From IMG/VR virus record IMGVR_UViG_3300025696_000045, positions 1 to 25,854 of that record: DNA of 25,854 bases; one strand, 5' to 3'. Positions 17,703 through 24,350 of the stretch are shown in pieces (positions within the stretch are counted from its first letter, which is position 1; each line of letters opens with the position of its first letter). A model generated the notes under the pieces. It made no database searches. It was not told the origin of the DNA and saw only the letters and a list, made by a program, of their open reading frames with translations. The translations under genes and the position numbers were made by a program. Source of the stretch: a virus (taxonomy: Duplodnaviria > Caudoviricetes).

Positions 17703-18284
17703 ATGAGTAATGACGTACTAAAAATGATGGAAGAAGACTTTGAGGACACTATCGCCTCATCCGTCGAAAAGATAGATCAACAAGGCCTCAAAACCGTGGC
17801 TGAGTTGGCTCGACATATCCGCGATGAAGAAGAATATATTTCATCTCTTGAGAGCGATCTGAAGAGTGCGAAGAAAAAACTTCTGAAGATGACGGATGAA
17901 GACATGCCTGCAATGCTTGCCGAAGTCGGTATATCTTCGTTTGCCTTAGATGACGGTTCTACCGTTGAGGTCAAACAAACGTATGGAGCCTCCATACTGG
18001 TAAACAATCGTCCGCAAGCCTACGACTGGCTACGCGATAACGGGTATGATGACATTATTAAGAATACTGTCTTGTGCCAGTTTGGCCGTGGTGAGGACGA
18101 TAAAGCCAACGCTTTTTCAGCATTTGCTGAACAAGAAGGTTTTGTGCCTACGCAGAAAACCGAAATTCACCCGCAGACGCTTCGTGCGTTTGTTAAAGAG
18201 CGGTGCGAGGCAGGAGAAGAGTTTCCGATGGAATTATTCGGAGCTTACGTCGGTCAACGTGCAGTCATAAAGAGAGGAAAATAA
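17703..18284 (+). CDS. Conserved-looking phage replication-module protein (unknown function)
   Basis: Strong RBS; N-terminal coiled coil, AYDWLRDNG and IHPQTLRAFVKE patterns recalled from genes adjacent to phage SSBs. Confidence 0.7.
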   Translation: MSNDVLKMMEEDFEDTIASSVEKIDQQGLKTVAELARHIRDEEEYISSLESDLKSAKKKLLKMTDEDMPAMLAEVGISSFALDDGSTVEVKQTYGASILVNNRPQAYDWLRDNGYDDIIKNTVLCQFGRGEDDKANAFSAFAEQEGFVPTQKTEIHPQTLRAFVKERCEAGEEFPMELFGAYVGQRAVIKRGK

Positions 18285-18285
18285 T

Positions 18286-19077
18286 ATGGCACAGTCAAAA
18301 CAAGTGGCTACAAAAGAAGAAACAGGTGTTGCGGAGTTCAACCCTGCGATGTTTGAACAAGATGCCGGAGACGGTCTTCAGGATTTGGGGCAAGAAGATT
18401 TAGCCCTGCCGTTTCTGAAAGTCCTGTCCGGTAACGATCCTGTGTTGGACGTGAACGAAGATGCCCGTAAAGGAGATATCTATAACACTGTCACAGGGGC
18501 CCTTTACAAGGGCAAAACGGGTATTCGGGTCATACCGTGCGCGTATCAACGTCGCTTCATCCAGTGGGCCCCACGGGGCGTGGGAAGCGGTGCCCCGACC
18601 GCGATCTACGAACCTCACGAAGAGCGGCCAAAGGTTGAGCGGTCCAAAGATGACAACAAAGATTATGTGATGGATGGCTCCGGTGAATACATCGAAGAAA
18701 CGCACCAGCACTTTGTTATCTTGCTCGCGGAAGACGGCTCAATGGAAACAGCCTTGATTGCAATGAAATCTACGCAGCTTAAAAAGTCGCGTAAATGGAA
18801 CAGCATCATGGCGTCACGATCAATGATGGGATCGAAAGGACCCTTCACACCACCGCGTTTCGCTTACATCTACGACCTTAAAACAGTTGGGGAAGAAAAC
18901 TCCAAGGGTTCGTGGCATGGTTGGGAAATGTCTGTCGAGGGTCCTGTGTCAGAGGCACATATGTACACTCGCGCAAAAGACTTTGCAACAAGCATCACCG
19001 CGGGTGACGTTGTTGTGAAACACTCGGATGGAGAAGAACCTGCACAAACGGAAAACGATAAAGACATACCGTTTTAA
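18286..19077 (+). CDS. Putative single-stranded DNA-binding protein
   Basis: Acidic C-terminus ending ENDKDIPF, resembling the bacterial SSB-Ct; lies before the primase. Confidence 0.65.
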   Translation: MAQSKQVATKEETGVAEFNPAMFEQDAGDGLQDLGQEDLALPFLKVLSGNDPVLDVNEDARKGDIYNTVTGALYKGKTGIRVIPCAYQRRFIQWAPRGVGSGAPTAIYEPHEERPKVERSKDDNKDYVMDGSGEYIEETHQHFVILLAEDGSMETALIAMKSTQLKKSRKWNSIMASRSMMGSKGPFTPPRFAYIYDLKTVGEENSKGSWHGWEMSVEGPVSEAHMYTRAKDFATSITAGDVVVKHSDGEEPAQTENDKDIPF

Positions 19078-19086
19078 GTAGTGTTC

Positions 19087-19119
19087 GCGGCGGGGTAATT
19101 GTGCCCCGCCGTTTTCTTT
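19087..19119 (+). terminator. Intrinsic terminator
   Basis: Stem GCGGCGGGGTA / TGCCCCGCCGT with ATTG loop, followed by TTTCTTT, just after the SSB-like stop. Confidence 0.8.
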
Positions 19120-19134
19120 CGAGTGGGGGCAATA

Positions 19135-20673
19135 ATGTCAGCAGAAAAGTTTATGGCCATCTTCGATGGTTTGAAGGAAGCATACGGCTACTTCAAAATA
19201 GAAAATACAGGGGCAAACGGTAAGGCCAAGGGCAAAGCGGGCATTCTTAGAGAACCACGCGACGAAAAACTTTGGGACAATCACCTCTCAGGGGCAGGAG
19301 CCGGGCTAGGTATCATCCCCATCAATGAAGACAACTGTTGCAAATGGGGCTGCATTGATATCGATCAGTACCCTTTGGATCATAAAATACTTGTCGATAA
19401 AATACGCAGGTTAAAAATACCGATGGTGGTTTGCCGATCTAAGTCGGGCGGAGCGCACTGCTTCCTGTTCTCCAGCGGTTGGACAGAGGCCAAGGACATG
19501 CAGAAGGCCCTGCAATCAATAGCCGCGGCCCTCGGATACGGCGAGAGCGAGATATTTCCAAAGCAAATAAAGCTGCACCTTGATCGTGGAGACGTAGGCA
19601 ACTTCTTAAACCTACCATACTACGACCATGAGAACGGATTGCGCTACGCGTTTTTGGACGATGGCACGTCTGCCACCTTAGATGAATTTATAGAACTATA
19701 CGAGAAACATGTACAAACTCCGGAACAAATCGTTAAGCTTCAAGTAGTAGGGGGCGGCGAAACCGACCTACTAAAAGACGGTCCGCCTTGTCTACAGATA
19801 CTGTGCAAAGCAGGTATTAGTGAAGGAGGACGTAATAATGGTCTGTTCAACATTGGCGTGTACTTACGAAAGGCATATCCAGATAGCTGGGAGTCCGAAA
19901 TACTCCGCTTCAACATGGAGTACATTTCTCCGCCACTACCACTGTCGGAGGTAAACGTTGTTGCCAAACAAGTAGAGCGGAAAGATTATGCATACAAATG
20001 TTCTGATGCACCGATCAATTCGCACTGCAACAAAGACCTATGTCGGACACGTAAGTTCGGCATAGGAGCCGCCGTAGCCGGGGCCACAATCGCAAACCTC
20101 CGCAAGTATAACTCTACTCCCCCGGTCTGGTTTATGGACGTTAACGGCGAGCCTCTGGAAATGGACACAGACGCTCTTATGAACCAGCCCACCTTTCAAA
20201 AAGCCTGCATGGAACAACTTAACTTCATGCCACGCTCCGTTGCCAAGCAACAATGGGAAAGCCGCATTAGCACATTGTTGAGCGAGATGAAGGATAACGA
20301 GAGCGCTATCATTGAAGTCGCGCAGGATGCCAGCATAAGCGGACAGTTCTACGATTATTTGGAAGAGTTTTGCGCCCACCTACAGGTTGCGCAGGATAAA
20401 GAGGAAATCTTACTTCGTAAGCCTTGGACAGATGAAGAGGTAAACACCACTTACTTCCGGCTCAAAGACTTTGAGAACTTCCTGAAAAAGAATAAATTCT
20501 TTGAATATAAATCCCACCGAATAGCTCAACGCCTACGCGACATAAACGGAAGCAGCCTTGTCATGAAGATAAAGGGACGTGCCGTGCGCGTATGGCAGAT
20601 ACCTTCGTTTGACAACGTTGATATTGATATTGATCCACCCAAGTTTGGTTCACAGCAAGAGGCTCCATTCTAA
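19135..20673 (+). CDS. Archaeo-eukaryotic primase (AEP) superfamily primase/primase-polymerase
   Basis: WGCIDID (DxD), RSKSGGAH (SxxxxH), LNLPY and PriCT-like EGGRNNGLF. ATG 19135 has a G-rich RBS; the 19099 start in the track lies inside the terminator. Confidence 0.8.
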   Translation: MSAEKFMAIFDGLKEAYGYFKIENTGANGKAKGKAGILREPRDEKLWDNHLSGAGAGLGIIPINEDNCCKWGCIDIDQYPLDHKILVDKIRRLKIPMVVCRSKSGGAHCFLFSSGWTEAKDMQKALQSIAAALGYGESEIFPKQIKLHLDRGDVGNFLNLPYYDHENGLRYAFLDDGTSATLDEFIELYEKHVQTPEQIVKLQVVGGGETDLLKDGPPCLQILCKAGISEGGRNNGLFNIGVYLRKAYPDSWESEILRFNMEYISPPLPLSEVNVVAKQVERKDYAYKCSDAPINSHCNKDLCRTRKFGIGAAVAGATIANLRKYNSTPPVWFMDVNGEPLEMDTDALMNQPTFQKACMEQLNFMPRSVAKQQWESRISTLLSEMKDNESAIIEVAQDASISGQFYDYLEEFCAHLQVAQDKEEILLRKPWTDEEVNTTYFRLKDFENFLKKNKFFEYKSHRIAQRLRDINGSSLVMKIKGRAVRVWQIPSFDNVDIDIDPPKFGSQQEAPF

Positions 20674-20825
20674 TGTCAAACGTACTTAAAGCCGTCCGCA
20701 ACGCTGAGATAGTTCGTCTAATCGACGAGCAACACGTGACCATGACCGCTGTCGCAAAGTGGTTTGGCATTTCAAAGCAGCGTGTTCAACAAATCTACAA
20801 AAAGGCTAAAGCAGAAGATGTTTAG
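20673..20825 (+). CDS. 50-aa sigma70 region-4-like HTH protein (absent from ORF track)
   Basis: Manual translation: MSNVLKAVRNAEIVRLIDEQHVTMTAVAKWFGISKQRVQQIYKKAKAEDV. TAATG-coupled to the primase; its stop overlaps the UvrD start region. Confidence 0.8.
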   Translation: MSNVLKAVRNAEIVRLIDEQHVTMTAVAKWFGISKQRVQQIYKKAKAEDV

Positions 20826-22335
20826 AATATTTGGACCGCCCGGAACAGGTAAAACAACCACACTTCTCAACATGGTTGACGAGGCCTTGGAGAACGGAAC
20901 ATCTCCCCACCGCATTGCTTTTCTAGCATTTACTCGCAAGGCGGCAAACGAAGCCAAAGAACGGGCGGCAGAACGTTTCGGTCTGGACCCCAAGAAAGAC
21001 TTGGTTCACTTCCGCACCCTACACTCGCTGGCTTTGACGATGACGGACATACGCCCAGAACAGGTAATGCAGGAGGATAATTACAAAGAGCTTAGTAAAA
21101 AGATTGGCATATCGCTGGGCGGGGCAAAGAACACCAGCTTTGACGATGACGTGCCGTCTATGGTTTCGAGTAACGATCCTATTTTGGGGATAATTAACCT
21201 CGCAAGGTTACGCAAGGTAAAGCTTCGGGATCAGTACAACATCAGCAGCCTTGAAGCCGATTGGAATACCGTCAACTATGTCGATAAATGCTTGAAAGAA
21301 TATAAGGAAAAAATCGGGGTCTACGATTTTACGGACATGCTAGAACAGTTTGTATCAGGTGAGAACAATTACTGCCCGCAATTTGATCTGTGCTTTTTAG
21401 ATGAAGCGCAGGACCTGTCCCCCCTACAATGGGACATTGCCCACATATTAGATGAAAACTCTAAACGCATGTACTGCGCGGGAGACGATGACCAAGCCAT
21501 TTACCGTTGGGCAGGCGCAGACGTAGACCACTTTATAAACCTACCCGGCGGCTCTGAAACCCTTTCGCAGTCATACCGCGTTCCAAAAACTGTTCATAGT
21601 CTGGCGGAGAATGTCGTGCGCCGCATCACGCGGAGGTTCCCGAAAAGATATGATCCAAAACCCGACCGAGGCAATGTGGCGCGGATCAATCATATAAGTT
21701 CGCTCGACATGGCGCAAGGCTCTTGGCTAATTCTTTCTCAAGCCGGTTATCAACTGCAACCTGTTGCTAGTGACCTGAAATCAAACGGTTATTTGTTTAC
21801 TTATCGCGGCCATCGGTCCATTAGCGAAAAAGTATCTGATGCGGTTAATGGTTGGGAGCAAATGCGGAAAGGCAAAGAAATCTCTGGAGAGGTAGCCCGC
21901 AAGATATACAGCTACATGTCTACCGGAAACCGCATAACGCGAGGATATAAAAAGCTTCGAGACTTAGATGACCAAGACATGGTGACCATAGAAGAGTTAA
22001 TCAGTAACCACGGCCTACTTGCCAATGACAGCATGATTTGGTCCGAAGCTATGGATAAGATGCCCGAGACTGACCGGGCATATGTCACGGCCCTGCTACG
22101 TCGGGGCGAGAAGTTTAACGGCATACCCCGTATTACAGCCTCCACGATCCACGGATCAAAGGGCGGCGAGGCGGACAACGTTGTACTGTTCACGGACCTA
22201 AGTGCGGCTGCCGATAATGATATGCAAATTAACCCTGATGATATGCACCGAGTTTTTTATGTCGGCGTTACGCGTACCCGGCAGAATTTGTATATTGTTG
22301 AACCCGAAGACGCGACAAGGAGCTATGACCTATGA
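20818..22335 (+). CDS. UvrD/Rep-like superfamily 1 helicase
   Basis: GPPGTGKT, FTRKAA, DEAQD, GDDDQAIY, QSYR, STIHGSKGGE, YVGVTR; likely start is ATG 20818. Confidence 0.92.
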   Translation: MFRIFGPPGTGKTTTLLNMVDEALENGTSPHRIAFLAFTRKAANEAKERAAERFGLDPKKDLVHFRTLHSLALTMTDIRPEQVMQEDNYKELSKKIGISLGGAKNTSFDDDVPSMVSSNDPILGIINLARLRKVKLRDQYNISSLEADWNTVNYVDKCLKEYKEKIGVYDFTDMLEQFVSGENNYCPQFDLCFLDEAQDLSPLQWDIAHILDENSKRMYCAGDDDQAIYRWAGADVDHFINLPGGSETLSQSYRVPKTVHSLAENVVRRITRRFPKRYDPKPDRGNVARINHISSLDMAQGSWLILSQAGYQLQPVASDLKSNGYLFTYRGHRSISEKVSDAVNGWEQMRKGKEISGEVARKIYSYMSTGNRITRGYKKLRDLDDQDMVTIEELISNHGLLANDSMIWSEAMDKMPETDRAYVTALLRRGEKFNGIPRITASTIHGSKGGEADNVVLFTDLSAAADNDMQINPDDMHRVFYVGVTRTRQNLYIVEPEDATRSYDL

Positions 22336-22676
22336 CAGAAGCCCTTTCAGAACAACAGCGGTTCGAATTTATCGAAGCTGAGATAGACCGCGCCTATGTC
22401 CACGCGGATGATGAGTGGAAGCAGGAATATTACCAGAACGCTGCCAAATATTTATCGGAACACCAGTTCGTGGAAGGTGGCAAAATCTGTGCTTTTTGTA
22501 GAGCGCAGGGTATGTCGGACCCCCACCATCACAATGTTTGGGGCGCAATGATGGCGTCTCTTCGGAAGTTGGGGTGGGTTGAAAAGGTTGGGATGGTGCG
22601 TCCTACTACACGGCACACGCACATTAACGAAGTGTGCCAATGGGAAAGTAAATTGTTTAAAGGAGAGAAGTCTTGA
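22332..22676 (+). CDS. Hypothetical protein (possible winged-helix-like)
   Basis: 114 aa; ATGA overlap with UvrD; fold guess is weak. Confidence 0.6.
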   Translation: MTEALSEQQRFEFIEAEIDRAYVHADDEWKQEYYQNAAKYLSEHQFVEGGKICAFCRAQGMSDPHHHNVWGAMMASLRKLGWVEKVGMVRPTTRHTHINEVCQWESKLFKGEKS

Positions 22677-22891
22677 AAAAGATGACATGGGATGACTGGA
22701 AAGCGCACGAAGAAGCCAAACGCAAGGAATACGAAGAGATGGGCGTGACCGATCTTAACGCAGTGCGGGCAGAAAAGATGTGGAACGATCCCACAGTAAA
22801 AGATGAGGACCTGCCTGCCGCTCGGTTCGAATACGATCCCGAATTAAAAGAAATGGTTTTTGTTGGTTACAGTAATGAGGTGAAACATTGA
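22673..22891 (+). CDS. Hypothetical protein (72 aa)
   Basis: TTG start overlapping the upstream stop, RBS AGGAGAG. Confidence 0.6.
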   Translation: MKKMTWDDWKAHEEAKRKEYEEMGVTDLNAVRAEKMWNDPTVKDEDLPAARFEYDPELKEMVFVGYSNEVKH

Positions 22892-23562
22892 AACGAGATG
22901 AAGATTTTAATTTAAAGGTAACTGTTCGCAATGGGAGGTTACTTCGTGCGATACGTGAGCGTTATTCTTCTGTTGCGGACATGTGCCGAAAGATGGGTCG
23001 TTCGCAACAGACGGTAAATAAGTTAATTACGATGAAGGCGGTTCCGTATAATTCTAAGGGTTGGTCGGATTTAGCTTTGGACATTGCGGGGATGGTTGGC
23101 CGGGATCCGGAGGATTTGTGGCCGAATCACATGCGTGAGCTTTCTTTGCGGAAGTCTACCTCTGAGGTTAATCTTGATTTGGACGACGTGAAGAAGTTGG
23201 TTCAGGAGGGTTCGTCGGAAAAGACTATTTCGCAGTTGAGTGCAATAAATCATTTTGCTCAGAAACTGACTCCTCGGGAGCGGGATGTTTTAGCTCGGCG
23301 GTTTGCGCATGACCAGAGTTTGGAAGAGTGCGCTGCATCTTTGAGGGTTTCCCGAGATAGGGTTCGTCAGATAGAGGCTAAGGCTCTTCGGAAAATGCGC
23401 AAGGTTGCGTCCGATCTTGGGTATATGGATGTTAAGAACCCTACACGGGAGCCGTACAATTGGGAAACGAAGAGGGGTTTCCGCTGGGGGTCGGACCGGG
23501 ATTTTGGCGTGAAACTTGAATTATCTCTTAAACCTCTTGGTCAAGATTTATTGGAGGATTAA
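22888..23562 (+). CDS. Ner/XRE-like HTH fused to a sigma70 region 4 domain
   Basis: N-terminal SVADMCRKMGRSQQTV...IAGMVGRDPEDLWP (Ner-like). C-terminal LTPRERDVLARRF...SLEE...VSRDRVRQIEAKALRKMR closely matches RpoD region 4. RBS GAGGTG. Confidence 0.8.
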   Translation: MKRDEDFNLKVTVRNGRLLRAIRERYSSVADMCRKMGRSQQTVNKLITMKAVPYNSKGWSDLALDIAGMVGRDPEDLWPNHMRELSLRKSTSEVNLDLDDVKKLVQEGSSEKTISQLSAINHFAQKLTPRERDVLARRFAHDQSLEECAASLRVSRDRVRQIEAKALRKMRKVASDLGYMDVKNPTREPYNWETKRGFRWGSDRDFGVKLELSLKPLGQDLLED

Positions 23563-24006
23563 ATGAAACGTGTTAGAGGAAATCCCTCCGTCCGTAGGAT
23601 TAAACTGAATCAATATGCACTTGATCTGCGGTTGTCCGGAAAAAAATACCGAGAAGTTGCAAAGGCGCTGGGAGGCGTCTCTTTAGAACGTGCAAGACAG
23701 CGTGTCGCCGCGGGGCGCAGGGAAGCAGGACGGGTGAATCGTCATAAGAACGCCACAACTATTGGAGATTTAATGTTGTCGGTACAACTCAGTAGCGGGT
23801 TAAAATCTTACGGAGCCGACAGCATGACGTTTGAGGAGTTCATAGATACAACAACCCCCCGATGGTACAGAGAGGTGTATGGCATAGGCCACGCCTTCTC
23901 GGAGGAGTTGTTGAAGGCGCTTCGTGAAAAGGGAGTGTCCGAGCATAAGATTAAGGCGTGGAAAAAAAGAAAAGGCCGGGTATTTAAAACATGAAACGAG
24001 ATGAAG
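22889..24006 (+). repeat. 15-bp direct repeat TGAAACGAGATGAAG (22889-22903 and 23992-24006) at two gene starts
   Basis: Exact match, each preceded by AAACA(T); both genes begin MKRDE. Confidence 0.85.
23563..23994 (+). CDS. Sigma4-like HTH fused to an RNAP alpha-CTD-like domain
   Basis: KKYREVAKALGGVSLERARQRV HTH. IGDLMLSVQLSSGLKSYG...YGIGHAFSEELLKALREKG resembles the alpha-CTD pattern. RBS GGAGG. Confidence 0.65.
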   Translation: MKRVRGNPSVRRIKLNQYALDLRLSGKKYREVAKALGGVSLERARQRVAAGRREAGRVNRHKNATTIGDLMLSVQLSSGLKSYGADSMTFEEFIDTTTPRWYREVYGIGHAFSEELLKALREKGVSEHKIKAWKKRKGRVFKT

Positions 24007-24350
24007 TGCTGGATGCAGCAAAATCCCTGATTAACGGGGACCGGGCCAAAGATTACGGCGATGCTTACGATAATCATGCTCGTATCGCGGATGGTTGGAA
24101 CGTCATCATACGCGGGGCTCTTACAAGTCACGGTTATGTAACCCCGTCCCACGTCACGTTGATGATGGACTGGGTTAAAACAAGTCGTTTGTTAGAAACA
24201 ATAGACCATGAGGATTCATGGATAGATAAAGCCGGATACACCGGTTTGGGAGCGGAATTCGTCGAGCGAGATGCCCGCCCCGTAAATAAAATCATTGAGG
24301 AAATAAATAATGGCAAATCTACAAATGGCAATGTTCGCTCCAAAAAGTGA
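23991..24350 (+). CDS. DUF6378-like protein (all-alpha nucleotide pyrophosphohydrolase-related)
   Basis: LINGDRAKDYGDAYDNHARIA..W...KTSRL...HEDSWIDKAGY pattern. Confidence 0.7.
   Translation: MKRDEVLDAAKSLINGDRAKDYGDAYDNHARIADGWNVIIRGALTSHGYVTPSHVTLMMDWVKTSRLLETIDHEDSWIDKAGYTGLGAEFVERDARPVNKIIEEINNGKSTNGNVRSKK

Noticed and set aside
20764-20817. Extended ORF-track starts for UvrD (20764), primase (19099) and the 98-aa gene (3934)
   Set aside because: Downstream ATGs at 20818, 19135 and 3982 fit gene overlaps, RBS placement and motif position better.
23047-23052. Perfect TATAAT inside the 224-aa gene
   Set aside because: No credible -35 or extended -10 element; expected by chance.
22888-23562. 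Calling this gene a complete sigma factor
   Set aside because: No recognisable region 2 for core binding and -10 melting.
23991-24350. DUF6378-like gene as evidence of a DNA base-modification pathway
   Set aside because: No partner modification enzymes (PurZ, thymidylate synthase, glycosyltransferase, queuosine genes) are visible in the window.
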